Part shown: positions 12,841 to 23,725 of the stretch, piece after piece | How positions within the stretch are numbered: position 1 is the first letter of the stretch | How the letters are laid out: each line of letters begins with the position of its first letter | Assembly: GCA_013265495.1 (NCBI GenBank) | Contig: MU058213.1 | Span: 3,968,001-4,032,000, forward strand | Source of the DNA: Vicugna vicugna | Taxonomy: Eukaryota | Length of the DNA: 64,000 nucleotides | Reading direction: 5' to 3' | The notes under the pieces: model-generated | Databases searched by the model: none | Seen by the model: the letters and a program-made list of their open reading frames with translations, nothing else | Told to the model about the DNA's origin: nothing | Position numbers and translations under genes: made by a program

Positions 12841-13139
12841 ACATTACCTTTCTCCAGGTTATAAGCCATCCATCCACAGGGCCTAAATTGGAGCAACTTT
12901 CTTTAATTCTACATCCACTGTGAGGAGGCATTCAGCCAAACCTTATCCATTTCCTTCCTTTCTTCTCCACTCTTCTTACAACTATAAATAAAATACATGT
13001 CTCCATTAGAATAAATTATCAGCATATTACATTCAAATTAGATACAGAGGGTGAAAAAAAATTCCCTGCCCCATCACCCAACGCATGTCCAATCTTGTTT
13101 CACTGACACTCACTCAATTCTGGATTAGGAAATTTGAAG

Positions 13140-13464
13140 TCCCAATGGTCAACTTTTCTTCAGATTTTTATAAAAATCAAATATAAAGAAGATTTGAACA
13201 AAATTAAGAAATTTAGTCTATTGTCTTTAAGAGAGAACATACTTCTTTTCAAGTACATATGAAACATTAGTACAAATCAACTGTGTAATCACACACAGAG
13301 GAAACCACAATAAATTCCAAAGAATCAAATGATACGTATATAATAAAATAAGAAATCAGTAACAAGGAAAGAAAATTTTAAATGTACATGACTAGAAAGT
13401 AAAAAATATGTACCAAAACCCTTTGGTTAAAGAGGAAACTTAGAGTATTAAAAATAAGCCAGTC
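13140..13464 (+). mobile_element. Old L1 (L1M/L1ME-like) ORF2, segment left of the WIZ retrocopy
   Basis: Degenerate endonuclease-end motifs (AGAACATACTTCTTTTCAAGTACATATGAAACATT; TGGTTAAAGAGGAAA, the WVKEE motif). Confidence 0.7.
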
Positions 13465-13465
13465 A

Positions 13466-15956
13466 AGGACAAAAGCGTAGAGCAAGGCGGCGGCGGGGCC
13501 GCGTGCTGGGAGGCGCCCGGGCCCTGCCAGGCCCCTCGAGCCCCGGCCCCGCCGCTCTCCCCGCGCTGCCACCGCCGCCGCGGGACCGGCCCAAGGCCGA
13601 GCGGAAGCCGGGGCCTGAGCCTGGGCTCGCGCCGGGCCTGGGTTCTGAGGAAAACGCAATGGTGGCCACGGACTTGGGCTCCCCATCCACCCCTGCTCCC
13701 CAAGAAGACCCTAATTGTCCCTGGACCCCTGGAGCAGGTGGCCAACCGGCTGAGCAGCCAAGTGGTTGCAGAGGTTCCTCATGGCAGCAAGCAGGAGCTG
13801 CCGGACCTCAAGGCCCAGAGCCTGACCACCTGCGACGGCTGCGGTGCCTGCTTCGAGACCGCAAGGGCCTGTCCAGCCACGCGCGCCCCGACCTGCGGCA
13901 GCTGGGAGTCGGAGAGCAGCGGCGCTCCCATCCACCTCCTCCACGGGCTTGTGAAGCAGAAGGGCCTGCCCGACACGCCCCTTGGGCTGCCCCCGAGCCT
14001 GACTAAGAAGTCCAGCTCACCGAAGGAAGTGGTCGCCGGGGCCCCCAGACCCGGCCTGCTCGCCCTGGCCAAGCCCCTCGGTGCCCCTGCTGTCAGCAAG
14101 GCCATCAAGTCTCCTCCCGGCTTCTCAACCAAGGGCCTTGCCCACCCGCCCAGCTCCCCACTCCTCCGGAAGGCATCACTGGCCCCGGTGGGCACCCCTA
14201 CCCACAAGAATCCTTAGAACAAGAGCCCCCAGCTACCCCTGAACCCCCGGCCTGCTTCCCCAAAAGCACAGTGGCCCCAGTCTGAGGACGAGGGGCCCCT
14301 GAACCTCACCTCAGGCCCAGAGCCAGCCCGTGATAGCCGCTGCAAGTTCTTCGAGAGCCGAAAGGGCCTGTGGAGCCACGCACGCTCGCGCCTGCGGCAG
14401 ATGGGCGTGACCGAGCGGTGCGTCAACCGCTCGCCCACCGACACACTGAGTGAGGGCATCAAGCACCGGCGCCAGAAGGTGGGCGCCTACCGCAGCTACA
14501 CCTGGGGCTGCCGTCCCTTCACCGAGAAGTTTCGCAGTGCCGGCCATGGCCGCGATGACGACAAGCGGCCGCCCCTGGGGCTGGCACCCGGGGGCCCGGC
14601 CACGGTGGGGCGCAGTGCTGGGGGTGAGCCAAGGCCCGAGGCTGGCCGGGCAGCCGACAGTGGTAAGCAGCCTCCGGCAGCCAGCCCGCCACGCACTATG
14701 AAGGCTGAGGAGCACCAGCGGCAGAACATCAAGTATGAGCGCCCGCAAGCCCGCCCTCCAGACCCCTCTGCGGGCCCGGGGTGGTGAGGAGGCCCATGAC
14801 CTACAGCAGAAGCTAGAGGAGGTGCGGCAACCTCCGCCCCGGGTCCGGCCCGTCCCCTCCCTGGTGCCCCGGCCCCCAAGGCATCACTCGTCAAGTACGT
14901 TGGCAACATCTACACCTTCAAGTGCAGGCTCTGAGAGGTGGAATTCCAGGGGCCCCTCTCCATCCAGGAGGACTGGGTGCGGCACTTACAGCGGCACATC
15001 CTAGAGACGAATTTCCCCAAAGCGGACCCTCCGCCTGAGGAGCCCCAGGCCCCGCAGGCACAGACAACGGAGGCAGGGGCACCCTAACACAAAAGCATTC
15101 CGGATCCCCTCTTGTGCCACCTCTAGCTCCTCTTCCTCCTCAGTTTCCTCCTCTCTCTCTCCTCCCTCTTTCTTTTCCGTTTCCAAAGGAGCAAGCCTAA
15201 ACCTCAAACCGGCACCCTTCAGGGGCCAGGCACTCTACAGCCGGGGCACCTGAAGCCAGCTAGCCGCCCTTTCCCTAGCCCGAGGACTCTGGGGCCACAC
15301 AGGGCATCTTTCTTCAGCCCACCGGGTTCAGCAGAGGCAGCAGCCAGGTATCTGATGGCAGCCGATCTGTTCACAGGGGAGGAAGGCCAGAGCTCTCCCA
15401 CGTCTAGCAGCCAGGCAGGCCTATGTTCGCCATCTGTGGCCATTTGCAAAGCCCCAAGGTCCCCTCCTGCCCTTGTGAATATCCTCTCACACACGCACGC
15501 GCACGTACCTCGTGAGACCCGGGAATCTGCCCCAGCCCTCCAGTTCCTGAGTCGAACAACGACCACGTCATGCCACCCGCTACCAGGGCCTGGGAGCGCC
15601 CCACTGAGCCCACAATGCCACGGAAATCCTTGTTGGCCGCCGCCCCAAGAGGGGCCTTCCTAGCTGGGAAGAGCTCAGAGCTGACAGCTGCCTCCTGCCC
15701 TGTCAAAACTCCTCCAGAGCCTCCTAGGCTTCTTTTCAATGTTGCTTTCTATGTATAGTTCCCTAGACCTTTCACTTTTTTAAAAACGCGTTTTGCATAG
15801 AGAGTAAGGAACGTGGATCTTTTCATTTTGCAATCCTGGGCCAGGTAGAAACCGGGAGCTGACTGACCTTTTAACTTTTTTCAGTGGCCACATTTTGGTT
15901 ATCGATATACCTAGAAGTATGTAAATTAGATTAAAGTTCTCTTCTGGAAAAAAAAA
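13466..15956 (+). pseudogene. WIZ: Processed pseudogene (retrocopy) of WIZ zinc finger, short isoform
   Basis: Pieced translation gives [128 protein letters not shown], all matching WIZ as recalled. No introns. ATG at 13659, native stop TAA at 15085-15087, 3'UTR, ATTAAA at 15930-15935, poly(A) at 15948-15956. Disabled by frameshifts (about 13690, 13860, 13908, 14772, 14879) and stops (TAG 14215, TGA 14932). Degenerate TSD AAAATA--AGCCAGTCA / AAAATATATACCAGTCG. Confidence 0.96.
13485..15080. promoter_or_regulatory. CpG-island-like region created by the WIZ retrocopy
   Basis: Very GC-rich with dense CG dinucleotides (e.g. GGCGGCGGCGGGGCCGCGTG, CCGCGCTGCCACCGCCGCCGCGGG) inside AT-rich L1. Regulatory activity is not shown by the sequence. 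Confidence 0.6.
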
Positions 15957-18900
15957 TATATACCAGTCGAAATTTGTAGGACCCACTAAATCACTACTTA
16001 GAAGGAAATTTATAGATATAATAAACTCGTATCTATCAGAAAACAAGAAATATTTTATACTAATAAGTTAAGTGCTTACATCAGGAAGTTGGAAAATGAA
16101 CAACAGAGAAAGCCCAAAGAAATATGAAGGAAGGAAATAATAAATATAAGATGAAAATCAATAAAATACTGAAGAACAGCAACACCAAAAACAGAGAAAT
16201 TTAGCTAAAGACCTGATCTTTTTTTTTTAAATAAGATCAGTGAAACAGACCAGCTTCTGGCAAGAATTAAAGGGGGAAAAAGTATGAGAGATAAACTGCA
16301 AATAAGCAAAATACAGAAAGAAATTAGAAATTTAAAATTATACTCACATATATACATATACCAATATATTTTGAAAACCTAGATAAAATGAACAAATGTC
16401 TATAAAAGTATATGAATGCCAAAAATTGATGTAAGATGAAATCTAGAATTTGAATGGATTAAAACCACTAGTGAAATTGGAAAAATAAGTTAAGAATTCA
16501 CCTTTCCATACAAAGGATAAGAATCCCCTAGCTCAAGACTGTTTTAGAAGTAAAGTCTACCACATTTTGTAGAAATACATAATTCTACCATATGTAGGTT
16601 GTTACAGGAAGTAGAAAAAGAGAGAAAGTCAGTCAACTCACTTTATGAAGTCAGTGTAACCTGGATTCCAAAACAAAATGATGGTAGTAAAAGAAAATCA
16701 TACCCATTTCATATATAAAAATGGATATAAAATCCTAAAAAAGAATAGCTAATGGAAACCAGCAGTATTTTTTAAAATAATATACCATAATAAAACAGGA
16801 TTTATCCTGGGAATGAAGAATGGTTTTATAACAGAAAATCTGTCCATGTAAATCACCACATTAATGAACTAGAAAGGAAAAAAAAAAACATACAACTATC
16901 TCATAGAAGTCTAAAAAGCATTTAGAAAAAGTAAACAACTATTTGTAATGTTTAAATATAAACTCTCATTTATAGCTTCTAAAATACTCATGCTATTGCT
17001 GCTGCATGTTCATGCTAGAATTTGAGGGCTTGCCTTCAGCTATACCCTCTGGAACTTGTTAAAGGCACTGTATTGCTACCTGCAGCAAACCTCATACTAC
17101 AGTAACACTAAATGTACCCATTTTAAAATCAGGAAGTAGGCAAGAAAACCACTGTCACTATTATTGTTCAGTGTAATTTTGGAAGTCCTGGCCAATGCCA
17201 TAACACAGAGAAAGAAGCAAGAGGTAAAAGTACAGAGAAGGAAGAGACTTTATTGTATCATTTTTTGCTGACAGCATGATTTCCTACTTAGAAAACCCTC
17301 AAAGTCAACAACCTGTCAGAATAAGAGAGCTAGTGGTTTCATTACACTAACAAAAATTAAAGAGAAAATATAATTTAAAAAATGACACTACTCACAACAA
17401 CAAAAAAGCTATATAATATCTAGGAATAAAATAATAAAGCATGCATAAGACTTTGATAGAGAAAAATCTAAAACTTTAAAGGGTATAAAAAAGACTCAAT
17501 AAATGTAGAGATTTTTCATGTTAATGGATGAAATGACTTACTTGTTTTAAAAACATCAGTTGTCCCTCCAATTAACCCATAAATGCAAAGGAATCCTAAT
17601 TTAAATTTCAGCAGCAATTTCTGAGGACCTTTCCAAACATTCCAAAATTTATATAGAAGAGTACAAATCCACAGATAGCATCATCAATTTTGAAAAAGAA
17701 GGATGGGGTTCAGGATATTTACCCCATTAGAAACAAGAGATATCATTTTTAAGAAAGCATTGTGCTAATGCTATAGAGACAGACAAATAGAACAATGGAA
17801 GAAAACAGAGCCCTCGAAAATAGACCCACAGATGTATGGGTACTTAATAAAAAAGGTTAACTTAATAAAAAAATGTTTAAAAATAAATGAAATCTTTTTT
17901 TGTTTGAAGAAAAATAAGTGAAAAAGGTGACATCTCATATTGGTGGGAAGAAATTGATTCTTTAGTACTTGGAGTTGGGATAATTTCTCACTATTTGGAG
18001 AAAAACAAATCTAGATTCCTTCTTTACACCATACACAAAAGTGAACTTCAGGTCAAAGAGCGCTAAGTATAAAATATTAAAACTATGTAACCAAAAGAAG
18101 AAAATGTAAAAGAGTGTTTTTGTCCACTTGGGGACTGAAGAGAACTTCTTTGAATAAGGCCTAAATAGTATATGTCATAAGCTAAGGAAAAAAAAAACCT
18201 GATGGTTTTGACTTTATCAAAATTGAGTATTTCTGTTGGATGAAGAACATTATAGATAAAATTAACAGGTGACACTATGAAAAAATAATTGCAATGATTA
18301 AAGAAGACAATGTATTAATACCTAAATTCACAGGTACACTTGCAAATAAATAAGAAAAAGAAAGGAAACCCAGCAGAAAATCAGGGAAGACTATAAATGA
18401 GCATTTAACATGAAGGGAAATCTGAACAGTTACCAGGTCATTGAAGAGATGTTCAACCATAGCAGTCAGAGAAAAAACTATGTTAAAATGAGTGCCTCTT
18501 GACATACTTGAGTTTGATCAAAATGACAAAGTCAGAAAATGATATGTTGGCGAGGATGAAGGGACATGGTAGTCTCATGTTTAATTTATTGGGAGTGTAA
18601 ACAGAATAGCTGTTCTGGAGAGCCATCTGCCAGTAACAGGTAAACCAAAGATTCATACAGCTCATACCTGCACCCTCAGCGTTGATTATATACCCTAAAG
18701 AAATTCCTACCCAGTTCAATAAGGGGACATATGAGAGGATGTTTATTGAGAATGTTTATTGTTTGTTCTAGAGGGCAGTGAACTTCTTGTTGAACTTTAG
18801 GGGAAAGGATCAGAAAATGTGAATAGATTCTGTGGGATATTACGCAGGAGTAGGAGGCAATAATTCAGGTATACATAGAGCCACGGGATAAATTTAAAAA

Positions 18901-18970
18901 CACAATGTTGAATGCAAAAAACGTTACAACACAATATTGTTTGTGTGAAATTAAAAGCACATATGCTTAC
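15957..18970 (+). mobile_element. Old L1 (L1ME-like) ORF2 and 3'UTR, continuation right of the WIZ retrocopy
   Basis: Resumes with ACTTAGAAGGAAATTTATAG (LRGKFIA region), followed in order by degenerate RT motifs (GGAAGTCCTGGCCAATGCCATAA, TTTGCTGACAGCATGATT) and 3' ORF2/UTR. Confidence 0.85.
16979..17046 (+). repeat. 68-bp non-L1 insertion within L1 ORF2, copy of 11869-11936
   Basis: 66/68 identity with 11869-11936; interrupts L1 between AAACTCTCA and AACTTGTTAAAGGCA. Confidence 0.95.
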
Positions 18971-21900
18971 AGACAACCACTGACTAAAGAGGACACCCCA
19001 CTTAACACCCAGTTTAGGTTCTTGACACCACGACACCAGTCAGACCCCCTATCAAGGGGGTAACAACCAGCACACACGGAGGAAAGATGTGGCCGCCATC
19101 CACACTAAAAACAGTCCTCACGACAAAAATATCAGGTGTGAGTAGTCTACACAGGGATGCAACCACACAAAAACAGCACTTCAAGATCACAATACTCCTA
19201 AAACAGTACTTCAAGACGGCTGTTACTCCTAAATTCATAGAGTCAGAGAAATATACGTAAAACGAAGAAGCAGAGAAACCACTCCCAATTAAAAGAACAA
19301 GAGAAATACCCTGAAAGAACAAACAATGAAACAGACTTCTCCAATCTACCAGATCTCAAGTTTGAAAAGGAGACAATAAAAAATACTGAAAGAACAAAAA
19401 TGGCTATCAACAGAAATGCAGATCACTATAACAAGGAACTAGGAACAATAAAGAGAAATAAAGTAAAATTAGAAAACTCATTTGTTTAGACAAAAGCCAA
19501 GACAAAGGCAATAAATTAACAACTAAAGAATGCAGAGGAATGAATAAGTGATCTGGAAGACAGAATAATGGAAATCACCCAATCAGAACAGCAGGCAGGA
19601 AGACAAATTTTTAAAAATGAAAGCAATATAAGACACCTATGGGATAACATAAAGCATGCCAATCTGTGTGTAATAGGGAACCCAGAAGGAGTTAAAAGAG
19701 AAATGGGAATTGAAAATGTATCTGAAGAAATTATGGCTGAAAACTTCCCAAACTCAAACAGACCTACACCAATACATAATTAAAATGGCAGAAGTTAAAG
19801 AGAAAATTCTAAACTCAGCAAGAGAAAAACAGAGTTAGCTACAAGGGAACCCCCATAAGGCACTCAGCTGATTTCTCAGTAGAAATGTTGCAGGCCAGAA
19901 GGGAGTGGCAAGACACATTCAAAGTCCTGAAAGAGGAAAAACTGTAACTAAGGATACTCTACCCAGCAAGACTCTCATTAAAATAGAAGAAGAGATAAAG
20001 AATTTCCCAGACGAGCAAAAACTAAAAGAATACAGTCATCTTAAACCTATACTAAAAGAAATATTAAAAGGTCTTCTCAAAATAGAGAAAAAGCAGGAAT
20101 CAATAGAAAAGATAAAATCACAACTGGAAATGTGATGATAACTCCAATGAATAGTGACAGAAAAAAACATGATGTAAAAGAAGCTAAATCATAAAATGTG
20201 AGGGAGGGAAGTAAAAAAATGCAGATTTTTTTCCCTTCTTTTGTTCTTCAGATTGTGTTTGAGCCTGGGACCAGATGGCTTCACAAGTGAAATCTACCAA
20301 ACATACAAAGAACTTACACCAATTCTTCTCAAACTCTTCCAAAATATTGAACAAGGCAGAACACTCCCAAAGTCATTCTATGAAGCCACCATCACTGTGT
20401 ACCAAAACCAGACATAGACACTACCAAAAAAATCACAGGCCAATATCTTTGATGAACATAGATGTAAAAATCTCAACAAAATGTTAGAAAACCAAATCCA
20501 ACAATATGTAAGAAAGAACATATACTATGTTCAAGTGGATTCATCCTAGGATCACAAGGATGGTTCAACATATGCAAATAAATCAATGTGACACACCACA
20601 TCAACAAAAGAAAAGACAAAAACAACATGATCATCTCAATAGATGCAGAACGGCATTTGATAAAATTCAACACCTATTCACGATAAAAACTCCTACCAAA
20701 GAGGATATAGAGGGAATATATCTCAACATAATAAAAGCTATTTATAACAAACCCCCAGCCAACATAATACTCAACAGTAAAAAGCTGGAAGCCTTCCTGC
20801 TGAAATCTGGAACAGAACAAAGATGCCCACTCTTACCATTTCTATTCAACATAGTATTGGAAGTCCTCGCCACAGCAATCAAACAAGAAGGAAATAAAAG
20901 GGATCCAAATTGGAAGGGAAAGAGGTAAAATTGTCACTATTTGCACATGACATGATACTATATATAGAAAACCCTAAAGATCACCCAAAAACTACTAGAA
21001 CTGATAAATGAATTTGATAAGGTAGCAGAATACAAGATTAACATATAGAAATCCACTGCATTTCTTTACGCTAACAATGTAATATCAGAAAAGGAAAGTT
21101 TAACAAATTCCTTTTAAAATTGCATCAAAAAACACTTAGGAATAAACCAGACCAAGGAGGTGAAAGACTTATATACTGAGAACTACAAAACATTGATTAA
21201 AGATGATTTAAAGAAATGGAAAGATATCCCACGCTCTTGGATTGGAAGAATTAATATTGTTAAAATGGCTATACAACCCAAAACAATTTACAGAGTTAAT
21301 GCAATCCTTATCAAATTATCCAGGACATTTTTCAGAGAACCAAAACAAACAATCCTAAAATTTATATGAAATCACAAAGACCCAGTACTGCCAAAGCAAT
21401 ACTTAGGAAAAAGAACAAAGCTGGGGGCATAACCCTCCCAGACTTCAGACAATACTACAAAGCTACAAAATCAAAACAGTGTATGGTATTGGCACAAAAA
21501 CAGACATATGGATCAATGGAACAGAATGGAGAGCCCAGAAATAAACCCAGAGACCTATAGTCAATTAATCTTTGACAAAGGAGGCAAGAATATACAATGG
21601 AGAGAAGAGAGTCTCTTCAACAAGTGGTGTTGTGAAAGCCAGACAGCCACATGTCAATGATGTTAGAACCTCCCTCACACCACACACAAAAATAAACTCA
21701 TAATGGCTTAAAGATTTAAACAGAAGACAAGACACCATAAATCTCCTAGAAGAGAGCATAGGCAAAACATTCTCTGACTAAAATCATAGCGATAGTTCTT
21801 TAGTTCAGTCTCCCAAGGCAAAAGAAATAAAAGCAAAAGTAAACAAATGGGACCTAATCAAACTTACATACTTTTGCACAGCAAAGGAAATCATAAACAA

Positions 21901-22920
21901 AACAAAAAGACAACCTACAGACTGGGAGAAAATATTTATAAACGATGCACCTGACAACACTTAATTTCCAGAATATACAAATGGTTTATACAGCTCAATA
22001 ACAAAAAAAGAAACAACTCAATTAAAAAATGGACAGATGACCTAAATAGACATTTCTCCAAATATCACATGCAGATGGCCAATAGGCACAAGAAAAGATG
22101 CTGAATATCACTAATTATCAGAGAAATGCAAATCGAACTACAATGCAGTATCACCTCACATGGGTCAGAATGGCCACCATTAAAAAGTCCACAAACGATA
22201 AATGCTGGAGAGGGTGTGGAGAAAAGGGATCCTTCCTGCACTGTTGATGGGAATGTAATTTGGTGCAGTCATTATGGAAAACAATATGGTGATTCCTTTA
22301 AAAACTAAAAGTAGACTTATCACATGATCCAGCAATCCCACTCCTGGATATATATCTGGGGAAAACTCTAATTCAAATGTTCATAGAAGCATTATTTACA
22401 ATAGTCAAGACATGGAAGCAACCTAAATGTTCATCATCAGATGGATGGATAAAGAAGTTGTGGTATATACATACAATGAAGTATTACTCAGTCATACAAG
22501 AGAATGAAATAATGCCATTTCAGCAACATGGATGGACTTAGAGATGATCATACTAAGTGAAGTAAATCAGCCAGAGAAAGACAAATATGGTATGATATCA
22601 CTTACATGTGGAAGCTTTAAAAATGACACAGAGAAACTCATTTACAAAACAGAAAGAGACTCACAGGCAGAGAAAACAAACTTATGGTTACCAAAGGTGA
22701 GGGGAGCGATAAATTAGCAGTTTTGAATAGCAGATACAAACTACTATATATAAAACAAAACAACAAGTTCCCACTGTATAGCACAGGGAACTACATTCAA
22801 TATCTTATAATAACCTACAATAACAAAGAATATATATACATTCGCATGTATAACTGAATCACTATGCTGTACACTAGAAACTAACACAGCACTGTAAATC
22901 AACTATACTTCAATTTAAAA
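18971..22920 (+). mobile_element. Cetartiodactyl-type L1 (partial 5'UTR, ORF1, ORF2 lacking endonuclease, 3'UTR), inactive
   Basis: ORF1 remnants (LWDNIKHANL, EEIMAENFPN); jump at about 20265 to ORF2 GPDGFT; RT motifs [18 protein letters not shown] and FAHDMILY; 3'UTR GTATAACTGAATCACTATGCTGTACAC; TSD AAAAGCACATATGCTTAC / AAAAACACATATACATAC. Confidence 0.95.
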
Positions 22921-23085
22921 AACACATATACATACCAAAGAGTACAGCATGAGTTACAAGGATACACAAATATCTGATGACAACTGCAAATCCACCAGAG
23001 TGGTGGCCTGTGTGGGGAGGAAGGAGTGAATGTGGGGATCATGGCTGAAGGGAAGAAGGAAATAAAATTAAAATATAACATAACG
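22921..23085 (+). mobile_element. Remainder of the old L1ME-like 3'UTR
   Basis: Continues the interrupted UTR after the TSD (AGAGTGGTGGCCTGTGTGGGGAGGAAGGAG). Confidence 0.55.
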
Positions 23086-23269
23086 AGATAAATGAGGGGC
23101 TGTGCACAGACCCATGTCAGTAGAGTGCCACGAACTGGAGGGTGCGTGACTAACTCAGCTCGTGACACCTCAGGGGAAGCAAGCCCATAGAATGGGGCGG
23201 TGCAGACTGTTAATCCGGCCTGGGAGGAATCTATTGCTTCATAGTCGAAAGGTGTCAGGAATTCCTCAA

Positions 23270-23725
23270 CTTGCTCATCACTTACAAAATAAAACCCAGA
23301 CTCCTTAGCAACACATTCAGAACTTTTCATCATCTGACCCCTGCTCCCTTCAGCCTCATTCAACTTCTATCCCTCTGCCCTCTAAGGGGCACTAGACTAT
23401 TTCTTTCTTTCTTTCTTCTGGACCTTTGCACCAGCTACTCCTACTGCTTGGAATGCTTTCCCCCGACTTGTCCAACAGGCAAACTACCACTCGTTCAGCA
23501 CGACCTCCTCTGTGAACACCTTCCCTGACCTTTCTCCTCCTTCACCTGCTCTTCCCCCACACATACACCTATCAGGACACTTATTACACAGCCCTGTAGT
23601 TGCTCACATCTCTCTCTCCCGCATCAGATCATGAGCTCCTTGAGGACATGATTCTGTCTTATTTTGGCATCCTTAGAACATGCCTAAAAACCACAGACTT
23701 TCTATAACTATTAATTGAATGCATA
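23270..23725 (+). mobile_element. L2 3' portion
   Basis: AATAAAACCCAGACTCCTTAGCA, GGACCTTTGCAC..GCT..TCCTACTGCTTGGAATGC, TGAGCTCCTTGAGG, and TTGAATGCAT tail. Confidence 0.8.

Noticed and set aside
13503..15087. Functional WIZ gene or intact retrogene
   Set aside because: Multiple frameshifts, stops at 14215 and 14932, loss of zinc ligands in each remaining finger, no introns and a poly(A) remnant.
13378..15739. Long antisense and alternative-frame ORFs over the retrocopy (e.g. 13779-14207, 14311-14748, 14496-14909)
   Set aside because: Expected by chance in very GC-rich sequence with few stop codons; no recognisable protein.
19568..22308. Active L1 ORF1/ORF2
   Set aside because: ORFs are fragmented, the endonuclease domain is deleted and the catalytic FADD motif reads FAHD.
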